Below are positions 32,392 through 45,717 of a stretch of 64,000 nucleotides of DNA, piece after piece. Made by a program: the position numbers and the translations under genes. The stretch is from Macrostomum lignano (Eukaryota), in the NCBI GenBank assembly GCA_002269645.1, contig NIVC01003672.1, forward strand, positions 41,902-105,901, given 5' to 3'. The notes beneath the pieces are model-generated. The model ran no database searches and had not been told where the DNA came from. It saw only the letters and a program-made list of their open reading frames with translations. How positions within the stretch are numbered: the stretch's first letter is position 1; each line of letters begins with the position of its first letter.

Positions 32392-35300
32392 ATGATCAGC
32401 AACCAGGGAATCCATTGCCTGCAGATTAATCTGCAGCACTGCGTCGCAGCCTCGGTCAACCTTATGCGTTACGCCGAGCTCGACAAGCCGGGGCTCATCC
32501 TCGTCCAGGAACCCTGGACTCTCAGAGGTAAGCCTCAAAACGCCCCTGCTGGCTACAATTGTTTTTATACTTACCCTCGCGAGGCCAACCAGCCTCCCAG
32601 AGCTTGCATCTTTGCGAGCAAAACGCTCAGTGCGTGGCTCAGATCGGACCTGTCCAACAGGGACATCTGCGTCATCCAATCCGAGGACCTTCTTCCTGGG
32701 AAGACCACCCTCATTGCCTCGGTTTACCTACCAGGCGATGCTGCGGTCGTCCCCAGAGCCCTCGCTACGCTGGTAGAGCTCTGCTCTGCCAAAAACTACG
32801 AGCTCATGGTTGCCGGCGACATCAACGCCCACCACACTCACTGGGGCAGCACTGGCATTAATCAGAGAGGCGAAGACCTCCTAGCCTACGTTGCCTCTAC
32901 GACCCTCGAGTTCTGCAACTCTGGGTCCACCCCTACATTTGACAACGGACGGCGGTCGGAGGTGATCGACGCTACGCTCGCAACGCCCAGACTCTACCAG
33001 AGTATTGGGGCGTGGCGGGTGGTTCCAGTATCCTCACTCTCGGATCACAAGTTTATCTCCTTCAACCTAATGGCCGCGCGTAGCGCAACTCGTGTTACGT
33101 AGAGACGGAACGCCAGAAATACTGATTGGGAAACCTTCGGGCTCGCCCTGAAGGAATTCCATCGGTCTCCTGGCCAACCATCCACGATCACGTCGTGCCG
33201 AGAGGCGGATGAGTGCGCGGCTGTTTTGACAGAGACGCTAACCGCCGCCTTTGAGGCGTCCTGCCCTTTAAAAGCCTATAAAGGGAAAAAATCGGCGCCG
33301 TGGTGGAATCCCGAGCTCGGCAACCTCCGTCGCAGGGCTAAGAGACTCCACCGCAGAGCAACTAAAAATAAGAGCCCTGCGGACCAAACCGCCTATCATG
33401 AAGCAATCCATGAGTTTAAAAGGCAGGTTAGGAATGCAAAGGCTCAAAAATGGCGACAATACTGTGAGGAGCTAGAGGGCTCACGCCCCACCTCCAGAGT
33501 TGTGAAAGCGCTCACGCTGGACAAAATGTCTAAGCTCTCCTCGGTCAAACGCACCGACGGTACGTCCACGGACAACCCAGGGGAAACGCTTGATGTAATG
33601 CTCACTGCGTTTTTCCCCAACGAGCCAGCTAACCAGACCACTCCGGATCACTCGGAGGGAGGTCACGCGCTGGCTGCCTCTATCATCACGGAGGACCGCA
33701 TCGTGAGAGCGGCAAATTCCTTCAAGCCTTTCAAAGCCCCAGGACCCGACGGCATTGTACCGGCCCTCCTAAGAGAGGCGGTTAAATGCCCAGGCTTCCT
33801 GTGCAAACTTTGCAGCCTTCTTCGGGCATGCATCACGCTTGGTTATGTCCCACAGGCATGGACCGAGGCAAAGGTGATCTTTATCCCTAAGCCAGGCCGC
33901 CCGGACTACCATTCTATCAAATCCTTCAGACCGATCAGCTTGACCTCCTCCCTGGTCAAGCTGATGGAGAGACTGGTGCTTTGGCGCCTTCTCTCTGTTG
34001 AGCTGAAGAACAAACCTCTCAGCGAGAACCAGCACGCTTTTCGGGCGGGTCGCTCCACTGAAAGCGCGCTGCACGTCCTGGTCGATAAACTCGAGAAGGC
34101 CGTGCTTGGTAATGGCTTTGCTCTGGGGATCTTCCTGGACATCATTGGCGCCTTCGATAACGTCCTCTTTGAGGCGTTCCGAAGAGCTCTTTGTGAGAGG
34201 CAAACGCACTCACATCTCACCAGATGGATCATGTACATGATCAGCCATCGCACGGCCACCGCCAGTCTGCTGGGCTACCAGAGGACGGTCCCCGTCTGCA
34301 AAGGTAGCCCGCAAGGTGGGGTGCTGTCTCCAGTTCTCTGGAATATGGTCATCGATGAGCTCCTCCGGGATGTTCGGCCTGACCCCATTCTGAAAGTTGG
34401 ATATGCGGACGATGTCACCGCAGTGGCATCTGGTCCGTCCCCTGATACCCTCAGGGACCTTCTTCAGAACTTCATCTACGCTGCTGAGCAATGGGCGGAC
34501 CGCTGTGGTTTAAGGCTCTCTGAGACTAAGACCGCAGCGATCATGTTCACCAGCAGGACCAAGTGGCAGATTCGGCCGCTCACGCTTTACGGAAGGGAAA
34601 TCCCCTTCTGCAAGCAGACTAAATGTCTGGGTATTACCCTGGACCACAGGCTGAACTGGTCACCCCACGTTCAAACAAAAGCCAAAAAGGCCTTCGCAGT
34701 CCTCGCGCAATTGCGCAGGGCTGTCGGCACCACCTGGGGGCTCACCCCCAAGCGCCTCTGGTGGATCTACACTGCAATGGTTAGGCCCGCTATCTCGTAT
34801 GGCGGCCTGATCTGGGCTAGCGCCCTGCAGATAAAGACCTGTCTAGAGGCTCTCAGGAGAGCGCAAGGGCGCGCATGTCGCACGATCATGAGCGCCCCAC
34901 GTCTGCTCCTTACGATGGCCTCAACGCCTTCCTCAACATTCCTCCGCTGGACATCTTTGTCCGCAGGGAAGCGGCTAAGACTGCCCGCCGTCTAGCTGAC
35001 GCTGGAATTCGAATCCAGCCCCATAGGGCCATGGATAAGCGCAAGCTTCTGCCCCACGCTGACCTCTGCCTCAAGGACTTGAGAGACAGCGGCGGGCTCC
35101 ACGTCCTATCTGACGGCGAACCCCGCACTCTCAACCTCTTTCAGCGCTACAAGGTCACCATCCCCTCTAGGGATGCTGCAAATGACCACTGGAATTTCCA
35201 GGAGGTCCATTGCTACACGGACGGATCCATCAAAGACGGTCGCGCCGGCTTTGGGGTCTGCATCATCATCAACGGCCGCGTAATTGCCACGCATGCCCAG

Positions 35301-36092
35301 CACACTGGTAGACTCTCCACAGTCTTCCAGAACGAAGTCCTTGCCATCAGCTCTTGCGCTGCAGAGCTGAACGCCAAGGCTACGAGAGGAAAGACACCAC
35401 TCCACTCCGACAGCCAAGCGGCCTTACAGGCCCTTTGCCACACCACAACGAACTCCCGGACAGTCGCCGACTGCGCCCGGCAGCTCAACCTCCTGGCCAG
35501 AAGCAATACTGTCAGGCTGAAGTGGATCCCAGGGCACGCAGGGTTTCCGGGGAACGAGCTGGCAGACACCCTCGCCAAGAGGGGCGGCTCTGGCTCTTTC
35601 TTCGGCCCTGCCCCCCTGGTCCCTATGCCCTTGACAGTCATCAATCGTCAGATCGACGACTGGGCTGACTCCCTCCACAGGGACAGATGGGCGGGCACCC
35701 AAAACTGCCGGCAATCTCGTGCCGCGGTTCCTTGCCCGTCTCGCAGGCTCAGAAACATCCTTCTGAACCAGAATCGGAAGGATATTCGAGCCCTTGTCAT
35801 GACCCTTACCGGCCATGGCTACCTCGCCAGGCACTGCTTCCTCCGAGGCGACCTCGAGAGCGAAATTTGCCCCTTTTGCGAGTGCGACAATGAAGATGCT
35901 CAGCACTTTGTCTGTCACTGCCCTTTCTTTAACAGAGACCGGCTACGCTACCTCGGGCCGAACCCGTCCATTGACGAGGTCTGCCAGCCCGACAGCATCT
36001 CACGGCTCATCCAGTTCCTTCGGGCGACTAGACGAGCCAGTTTCTTCCCAACGGAAGATCACGCTGCAGGACGGACCGGCGGACCACCCTGA
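32392..36092 (+). pseudogene. LINE ORF2 (APE endonuclease, RT, RNase H) with one in-frame TAG (33100-02) and one frameshift (about 34900)
   Basis: LQINLQH, LVQEPW, GDINAHH, SDHKFI; KAPGPDGI, FRPISLTS, PQGGVLSP, GYADD; YTDGS, WIPGHAGFPGNELAD; CPFC...H...C. Confidence 0.92.
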
Positions 36093-36202
36093 CCGGCCCC
36101 ACGCCTCTGCCTGTCTGCGGGCCTTCAGGGGCTAGCGGAATGGGCGACCCTCGCCTCCCCGCTGTGTCTACGGACCACCCTGCAGCTAAGTCAAGTAAGT
36201 CA

Positions 36203-36420
<218 letters not shown>

Positions 36421-37304
36421 AGTACACTAAAGCAGACAAAAATTAAGACATACAGACAAGACACGGATACTCAGAATGACACAGACTGCCAGAGATAGAT
36501 TGAGGATGCGCATTGAAGCTGTTCGGAGATAAAATAGAGAAGAACACAGCGATGTGATTGAGAATTCAATAGAATGAAGAGTCGACTATAGGGCAGATAA
36601 AAAAGACTGCACGTCCCACCCGGGGGGGGGGGCTGCATTGTGAGCGGCAACGGCTGGCTTTGATTGAGTGGGCCCGGTCGGCGCGGAGCAAGTCAACTGT
36701 AAAAGCCGAAGATCTGAGGATCCGAGAATTTTCTGAATGTGGAATATAAAGGATTGAACTTTGCCGGCCAACCTCTCGGTGAGCTAGTAAGTGTGAAGAC
36801 GGCAAGCGAAGGGTCCGGAAGTGACTCTATAGAGCTGCGTTGCTGAGTGGCCGGAGTTGTCAAGTAGTGCGGAAAACCGATTTAACAGTCGACGTTGCTC
36901 TGCAACTCTCAAATGACCTTCCATGTAACGAAACACGTATGTAACGAGTCTCTGCCACTTAACTGCAAAATTTTGTAGGCAACTATATTCAACTAATCGC
37001 TTCAAACTGGGACATTAGAAAAGAAAATAATCAAAGGCATTGGTTTGAAAGCCGCGTAGTTTGCCGTTGTGTAATACAATCTCGACAGTTACATCTATAT
37101 CTAGAATTTATAAGATAACTCTCAAAACTACCCCCACAACAGTTAAACAAAACCATTGTTTACGAACTAAAACAATTACTTAACTACCAAATTACCTATC
37201 ATTTCAAACAGCCTTTTAGGAGTTAAATAATAATGCCCCATCATATATCTTTGTGGGTACAAAAGTCTTTGCAGTTTTGGGATTCCGGAAAATCGTTCAA
37301 AAAA

Positions 37305-40300
37305 TTATAAGCTGATAGACTTGTCCTTGGCCGCTCTTGGATGCGGCCTCTCCGCAATGCCGCGCTCTGGCGAGGCGGCGCCAGCGTCGGCTTCCGGTGG
37401 CGGGTCCTCGGCCACTGTCAGAGGCCGAATGTGCGTCAGGTGCCGAGTACATGTCCAGTCGCCTTGCCGCAGGATGTAGGAATCGCCTAGCTTGTCGGTG
37501 ACGGTCCAGGGTTCGAGCTCGAAAGGCGTCTGCGTTTTCGTGCGTCTCGACCACTTGCGGAGAACCGCCGAACCCGGCTCGACGCTGGCCACCTTGGCCC
37601 TCCTGGAGCGGTTGAAACCTGCTGCCATCTGGTTGGCCGCGTGACGCTTTGCAAGGTCGGCTCGGTCGTGCTGCACGGGCTGCGATGGTTGAATTGACGG
37701 GAGGCCGTCGTTGAGAGCTCGGCCCATGAGTAGTTCAGCTGGTGCTACGCCGGTTGCCGAGTGCGGAGTGACGCGATGAGCGAGCAGCCAGTCGTCTAGT
37801 GCAGTACGACAGTTGCGTCCTTCCGCGATGGCCGCTCTGATAACCTTGTTGATGCACTTGTTGACCCGTTCGGTGGCTCCGTTCGCCTCGGGGTGCAGCG
37901 GACAGATTCGGCGATGCTTGATGCCGAACTCCGAGAGAAAGTTTGTGAATTCTGCCGAGTTGAATGGGGGTCCATTGTCGCTGACGATTTCCAAAGGGAT
38001 ACCGTAATCTGCTGAACAGAGTCCGGAGATGTGGAAGCACTGTCTCGGCTAATTTTGAGCTGACTATTTCGACCTCGGGAAATTTTGAGAAGAGGTCCGT
38101 TGTCACCAGGAGCATTTTTCCTTGAACCGGACCGTAGAAGTCCATTCGAAGAACCAGCCATGCTCCGGCCGGAAGTTGCGTCGGTGAGAGCAGTGGCGGT
38201 GCGAGGCTCTTCGGTGATGTCGCTTGGCAGGGAAGGCAAGACTGGACGAACGCCTGGCAGTCGCTTCTCATCGCTGGCCACCAGACTTTGGTTTGAAGTC
38301 TGTCCATAGTTTTTCGGCAGCATTGGTGGCCTGCGTGTGCCAACTAGAGCACCGTCCGACGTAAGCTGCTCGGGATGACGATCCACGAGCTCCGAAGTAG
38401 CACGCCGTCATGTTCTGAAAGCTCCTGCTGCAGGCAGGACAAGGCCCGAAGCTCTCTGTTCTGCTTGTCCCATTGACCAGTTCGTAGAGCTGACAGAGCT
38501 GCTTGGATCGTGCCGTCTGACTTTGAAACCTCCTGAATTGTTGCAAAGCTTAGTTAGCCCTTTCGGAGTAGAGCCGATGGCAATTGCGTTGATGAAGCGT
38601 CTGTCCAGGAGTTCCCCGGGATCGTCCTTTGTCTGCATTTCCGGTTGTCTACTGAGGACATCCGCTGGATTCTGTGGCCCAGGCTGATAGGTGAGCTTGA
38701 ATTTGAGGTGCTGTACTCTTAAAGCTATCCACTCGATCCGTGGCGGAGGCCTGGAACCAGGTTGAAAAAGCGGGACTAATGGACGGTGATCAGTGATGAC
38801 TGTGAGATCTGGGCAGCCGCTGAGGTAGTGCTCGAAACGTAGGCAACCGAATTTCACCGCTAGCGCTTCGCGTTCAATTTGGGCGTATCGCTGCTCAACT
38901 GATGTGAGTGACCTGCTGGCGAGGCGACTGGTTCGCGAACACCTTTCCCGTCTGGCCTATAGTCCCGTCCCGACTGGCGAGGCGTCCACATGAACTTCCG
39001 TTGGGAGATTCATGTCAAAGAAGGCCAAGACGCTCTCCTTGCAGATTGCTGCCCTTGTTTGCAGAAATGCTTCTTGTTGCCTTTCTGACCAGCACCATTT
39101 CTGACCCTTCTTTAGCAGTTCTCGCATTGGCTGCGTCAGATCTGAGAAGTTTGGAACGAACCTGGACAGGTAGGTGGCCAAACCGAGGAATGAGCGCAGC
39201 TCCGACACGTTTGTTGGCTCCTTAAAGTCTTTCAGGGCCTTGATCTTTTCAGCCGCAGGCTGGACGCCTCTTGCGCTGATGCGCATCCCGAGAAAATCGA
39301 TGAAAGGCTGTGCCAGACGACACTTTTCCGGGTTTAGCGTGATTCTATGGTCTTGTAGGCGCTTGAAGCACTGTTTTAGTCGAATGTTGTGCTCTTCCAT
39401 GGTACTTCCAAAGACAATGATATCATCGTGTGCCTATCGGACACCATCAAGGCCGCTCAGGACGCCTGTCATGACCCTTTGCAGTATCTCGGATGCGTTG
39501 GTGAATCCCATGCTATGTCTGGTCAGTCGCATAAGACCCAGTGGGGTGCTGAAGGTGAAGATGTGACGGGACTCCGGTTTGACGAGGATCTGGTGGAAAG
39601 CCTTTACGATGTCGAGCTCGCTGAATACCCGTGGAACCCGCGATCTCGTCTGTGATCTCCTCAAAGGTTGGGATGGGCTGCTTTTCTGGCACGGCAAATG
39701 AGTTCACGTCACGCAGATCCTGGCAGATGCGGATGCCACCGCTTTCTTTCGGGACGACAACCATGCGGGAGACCCACGGTGACGGGCCGTTGACGCGCTC
39801 GATGATGCCTTGGTCGAGAAGAGCCTGTAGTTCTGCGATGACCGCCGACCGCTGGTGGACGGGGATTCTAGAGGGTGGGTGGCAGACTGGGACAGCTTCT
39901 GGTCGAAGACGAACGTCAACCTCGACGGCCTTCACGCAGCCAAGGCCTTCGAAGATTTGCTGGAACTCACCAAGGATGCTGCTGATGCGGAGTTCGGTTG
40001 GAAGTTCTTGGTCAACGTCTCTGTACTTGGAAAATAGTGCTTGAATACCTGAAGCAGCTGGATTTTCCGTGGGATGTACTGAGTTGACTTCAGCCGTTGG
40101 ATGCTGGATGTGCAGAATTCCCATGTTGAAAGCGGTGTCTCGACCGAGCAATGTGGTTCCACGGCCTTTGGTGATGTAGAATGAAACTAATTGTCTGCTA
40201 GCTGCGGTGCTCACGTTGAGGTCGGCGACACCCAAGACTTGGAGAGGCGTTGTGGATCCGTAGCTAAAAATTGGATGAATCGCGCTGCGCAGCCGAACAT

Positions 40301-41479
40301 TTCTTAGCCGCCGGAAGTTCTCCTCGCTCATGACGTTGCAGCTGGCTCCACTATCTACGAGTACGATGAAGTCCTTGCCCTCGATCTTCAGACGAGTGTT
40401 GGCGGAGTTGTGTCTGGGCGCGGTTTTTTGCGACTGGATAGTGAAGGCCTCCTCGTTTAGCGAATCATGATCGATGAAGACCGCCTCAGCTTCTTTGTCA
40501 GCTACGGCGTTGATGCTGGAGCTTGTTTGAGGCCTGCGTTGTCTGCATTATTTGGCGAGGTGGTTTGGCTTGCCGCATGCTTGGCAGATTTTGCCTTTTG
40601 CCGCGTTGCATGAGCTGTGTCCGCGCTTGCCGCATCGATAGCACGTGGTGGGGCCGCTGTTTGCTGGGCCGCCAGGGACCCGCTGACTGTTTAGGCGCGT
40701 GGAGTCTCTGAACTGCTTTGGAGCCGCTCTGTGCACTGCTGCGATGCTACTGGAGTTCTCAATGGCCGTGGCCTGCTCTTCTGCTGCTTCGAACGCGCGC
40801 GCTTGTTTCAGCGCGTCGCTGAGAGAGATGTTCGACTCCTGCAGCAATCTTCGCCGAAGCTTATCGGAGCAGCATGTCGCCACTAACTGATCTCTGATTA
40901 AGGAGTCCTTGAGTGTTGAAAACTCGCAGGTCTCGGCCGCTGATTTGAGCCGGGAGTACCATGAGTCCACCGGCTCTCCGGTTTGCTGAACGCATAGACG
41001 AAACTGATAGCGGGCAAATACGATGTTGTTGCGCTCCTTGAAGTGCTCTTTTATTGTTGCAAGCAGAGTTTCGAGGGTGCCTTTCTTGTCATCTTGCAGG
41101 TCTTTAATGATTTGCGCGATTTCTCTGCCGGCCGTGTAGGCCAGGAGCTTGCACTTTTGAGTTTCGTCTTTGATGCCTGACGCTTCTATAAAGTCATAAA
41201 AATGATCGGACCATTCGTTCCAGCGTTGACCGGCATTCTGTTGATCTGCAGGGGGGGGGGCAGTGAGATGAATTGAGCCATGAGTGGATGGCCAAAGTGG
41301 GCTTGCTTGCGACGCCACTGTAAAGTATGAAGGCTGCAGTTTAAGCTGAGCGAGAAAAATACGTGAGGCCCAAACTGTCCAAGTTAACGATATATATATT
41401 GGAGGTTCTAAAAGCGAACAATATCAACAAGATGTACATAAATCATGCAACCCTAGATGTACATTTATGATAGAATACA
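37305..41479 (-). mobile_element. Decayed Ty3/gypsy LTR retrotransposon; 5' LTR about 41319-41479, 3' LTR not found
   Basis: PBS TGGCGTCGCAAGCA at 41304-41317 (minus). Gag 40548-41281 with a CCHC knuckle; RT (ICQDLRDVN, stop next to AHDD); RNase H (HVDAS); integrase (SDNGPPF, ANGATE). Multiple frameshifts and stops. The outer LTR boundary is inferred from TGT...ACA only. Confidence 0.85.
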
Positions 41480-44400
41480 ACTAACTCACTCACTCAGTTA
41501 GAACAAATCGATAAACAATATTGCGAGGCAATTACACGCCATAACCCGGACACTGCGTCCAGCGAGCGTGATTGTACTGGAAGAGGAGCGCGTATCGGTT
41601 TTAACACCGGGGGAGCCAAGTATCCGGCCCGCTACCTCCTCGCTCTTCTGTTGCTCAGGGCCGGCGATGTGGAGACCAACCCGGGGCCTGCTAACAGCTG
41701 CGGACACGTCAGCTGCGGCCGCCCTCTGCGCGGCAAGTTCCTCACCTGCGCGAGATGTAACAGCCGCTTTCATCTGCAGAGGGACTGCTCCGGGTTGAGT
41801 CGCTGGGCCGCGAACAAGGCTGCGGACGCCCAGGAATGGCACTGCGCCAATTGCGAGAACGGCCCCACCACCCAGACAGACTCGCCGTCCTCTGACCAAC
41901 CGTCCACCCCTACCTGCCAGCCCACGGAGGAGCACACCACCCGCAGGCAAGCCCTGCTCAACTGTATCCGGCAGGAGAAACTTAAATGCAATCACTGTCG
42001 GAAACCGATGTGCGTCAGCTCCACCATCGCCTGCTGCAATGACTGTGAAGGATTCTTCCATAACGCCTGCACGCAAGCCAAGCGCGACCAGATCAAGAAA
42101 GAAATCAGTCGTGGGCTTTGGAGATGCGGTCGCTGCACTGAAGCCGCCTGCCTCCAAGGCCCGCCCTCCCCTGAGGACCCTGACCCCACTCTTGTTGGGG
42201 GGAGCCACCCGGAAGCTGGGTGGGACTACAAGAAACCCGAGCTCAAAATTGTTTGATGGAATGCGGACGGGAACAGCAAAAAAAATGGGGGAGCTTGAGG
42301 ACCTCGCATCTCGGCTTCAGGCCGACGTTATTGCGGTTCAAGAGTCGAAGCTCACCTCCTTCAACAAAACCCCCCGCATTCCGGGCTTCAGCACCATCCG
42401 CAAGGACCGTAAAACCGCCCGCTGCGACCCGAACGTTAAAGGCGGCGGCCTGCTCTTCTTTATCCGGCAAGTCATTCCGTTCAATAAACTCCGAGGATGG
42501 TCTGGCGGAACCACCGAAGGCTCCAGAATTTCGATCAGCACCTCGGCCGGACAAAAACTTGTCATCTCCAACATCTGCAGCACAAGCTCAGTGCCTGGTC
42601 GACTGGTGCAACTCCGTGGACTACCGCATCCTGAACTCAGGGGAACACACTTAAGTTGACAGGCGCACCGGACGGACTAGTGCTCCCGATCTCACCATCG
42701 CTAGTCAATCAGTGGCCGACCTCTGTAAATGGCAACCGCTCACCGAGCTCGGCTCCGATCACCAACCCATCCTGGTGACTGTCCCGGAATCCCGTGAAAC
42801 CCTGAGCACTGCGCCTCGCTTCAGCTGGTCTTGGAAGAAAGCGAACTGGACCGCTTACCAGACCCTGCTCTCCGAGGACGCCGACCGCCTCAATGGCGGC
42901 TCCATTAAAAAACAGATTGCCAGGCTCTGCTCGGGCATGCTTAAAGCAGCCAAAGCTGCTATCCCGCTCAAAACATTCTCTGCCAAAAACAAGCCATACT
43001 GGGATGAAGAACTTACTGAACTTCGCGACACTCGGAACCGGCTTAGGGAATCTGGCGCCCATCCTGGTGAGTGGCTCGAAAAAAGTCACGAACTGTCCAA
43101 ACTCTGTGCCGAAAAAAGCCGAATTCTGGAAGGAGTACATCAACAAAATTCCCGACTCTGCCGACCCAAAACAAGTCTGGAGGACTGTCAAGTGCCTCAG
43201 CAACGGCAAACAACAAGCTCCTCCCAACGAATCTCTCGTTGTTGATGGTCGAGAACTGCGCACGGACAAGGAAAAGGCTAACGCCTTTGGCCGCTATACG
43301 AAAACATCAACACTCTGAAACACTCAGCGGTGGATTGCAAGGTCAAAGTGACCACGTCCCGTCGCCTGGCCCACTACTCCACCGACCTTTACTGCCGTGA
43401 CTTCACCCTTGGTGAGCTGAAACGGGCCATTGGCAAACTTGACCCCAGCAAAAAATGTGGGCCCGACGAAATCGAAGCTGCCTTCTTCAACCGTTGCTGG
43501 CGTACCGGACACTGCCTTGGAGTCTGGAAAAAGGCCGTTATCGTCCCCCTGCTAAAGGACGGAAAGGACCCCAAAGAGCGCGGTAGCTACAGGCCTGTCA
43601 GCCTCACCTCCATCTGCGGGAAGATCCTCGAACGGCTTATCCTCGATCGCCTCTATCGCTGGCTCAAGCTCCACAACATCATTCAGCCCTGGCAAGCCGG
43701 TTTTCAACGTAGTCGCGGCTGTGAAGAGCAAATCGCCCGCCTCTTTCAATCTATTCAAGATGGATGGGAGAAACACCCGCACTTGAAAACTGTGGCCGTC
43801 CTCATCGACTGCTCTCGTGCCTTCGACCGTGTTTAGCGCGCTCGCCTTATTGGTCGCATGATGGACGAAGGTTCACCAGCTTTCTCGAAGGCAAGCAGAT
43901 CGCTGTGCGGGTCGGCTCCTCGCTTGGGAAATGGCGCAGACTGAGGGAAGGCGTCCCCCAGGGCGCCGTCAGCTCGCCTGCCCTCTTCCTCATCTATGTT
44001 AACAAGTGGTCTGGTCACACCGTGCCTCTCGTCGACTACAGTGGCTATGCAGACGACCTTGCCCTCTGTAGCACGGGCCGGAACCTCCCGGAAATCCAGG
44101 CTCGCCTTCAATCCGCCCTGCAGCTCGTCGAGTAATGGGCCGCTCATCTGCGCATCGACATCAACCCTTCTAAAACTGAGGGATGCCTCTTCTCTCGTGA
44201 CAGATCTGACCGTCAACGCAACCTCAGCCTCACCCTCCGGGGCCAACAGATTCCTTTCAAGCAGGAGATTAAGTTTCTCGGAATCTGGATTGACCAATGT
44301 CTGCTATTCGAAAAGCAAACTGACTCCGTCCGGAAAAAAATGCTTCGCCGAGCTGCCATTCTTCGTGCCCTAGCCCACCGTGAATGGGGCTGGGATCGCA

Positions 44401-45717
44401 AGCTGCTGCTGCGAGTCTACCGGGCTCTTGTCGAATCCGTCGTGTAGCACACCGCCGCGGCCTGGATGCCCTGGCTATCTGCGACCCCAGCCCAACGTGA
44501 GGCCCTCCGGGTTGTCACTGGTCTCCCCCGCTCGACACCGGTAGAGGCCATCTACTTTGAGTCGGGAATCCTCCCTATCAGCCTCGAAGCCCGCCGAAAA
44601 TCGCTGCTTGCGGTTGAGAAGGCGCTCCGCAGACCCCCCGGCGACCCCTTCCGGCAACTTTGCGAGCGCCGCCAGGACACCCGGCTTTCTGCCAACCGAG
44701 GTCTCCGCGAACAAGCTAGACGCATCACCGATGAGCTCCTTGGCGGACACCGCCTAGCCAACAGCCACATCCGGCTCCCACCCTGGAATTCGTTGGCCGA
44801 CGCCGGAGTGCGCATGTTCAACAAGCTGCTGTTCGAGCCCATTGAAACCGACGCCGCTCAGGCAGTCCAAGCCACCGCGACCGCGCGCTGCCCGAACGCC
44901 GCCACTTACTTCACCGACGGATCCGTCTCGGAGGGCGTTAAAAACGGAGGTGCGGCCTGGATTCTCATGAGCCAGGACGGCTCCATCAGCCGGCGCGGGC
45001 GCGAGGCCGCGGGCCGCTGGTGCAGCTCCTTTGAGGCCGAACTTATCGCCATCTTCCAGGCTCTAAGCGACATCATTGCCAATGCCACTAAAGAGGCTGC
45101 CATTCTCACCGACAGCCAGAGCGCCATCGAGGTCCTGCAAGCTGATCGCCCAACCATCAACCCGCTCGTCGAGAGCGTTAAGGAACGCCTTATCACCGCC
45201 GCCCGTCTTTCTAAGATCATCCTGCAGTGGGTGCCCGGGCACGCCGGAATCCCCGGAAATGAACTGGTGGATGCCGAGGCCAAACTAGCAGCCACCTTCC
45301 TCAGGAGCATGTCGGCACCACCCTGGATTCGGCTAGGGCCCGCATCCGACGGGTTGTTAACTATTCGCCCAACATGACAGGCCACCTGCTCGAGGTCTAT
45401 GGCCAAAAGATTACGACGCATGAGGGCCCTCGCAGGCAACAGGTCCTAGTCTCGCAGGTCCGCGCCGGGCATTGTCCTGCATCGATCTACTACCGCAACC
45501 GCACCGGCATTGAGGTCGGGGGCAACTGCCGTCTCTGCGCGGAAGAGGTCGATCGGTACCACCTTCTCAACTGCCCGGCCCTGGACGTCCAACGCCGTAC
45601 TCACAGCATTACCGAAATGTGTCAACTCGCTCGCGCCGACGTGGTGGCGCTTCTCCTAGGGGCCATCGGTTGGTGAACCCTTTAGGAGAGGCTCACCGCA
45701 TACAACAACAACAACAA
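41480..45717 (+). mobile_element. Ingi-like non-LTR retrotransposon (single ORF: 2A - PHD - PHD - APE - RT - RNase H - CCHC), degenerate
   Basis: LLLRAGDVETNPGP; two PHD-like C4HC3 fingers; WNADG...VQESKL, GSDHQPI; CGPDEI, YRPVSLTS, VPQGAVSSP, GYADD; FTDGS, WVPGHAGIPGNE. Last ORF ends at 45676, followed by a (CAA)5 tail at 45703-17. Many stops and frameshifts. The 5' boundary is uncertain. Confidence 0.85.
41600..41689 (+). other. 2A-like (StopGo) ribosomal skipping peptide
   Basis: TGGAKYPARYLLALLLLRAGDVETNPG|P matches the D[V/I]ExNPGP consensus and has the usual upstream hydrophobic run. Confidence 0.8.

Noticed and set aside
36784-37005. Minus-strand ORF (VKWQRLVTYVFRYMEGHL...) with a plausible acceptor
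   Set aside because: It is an isolated short ORF with no linked exons or convincing family motif.
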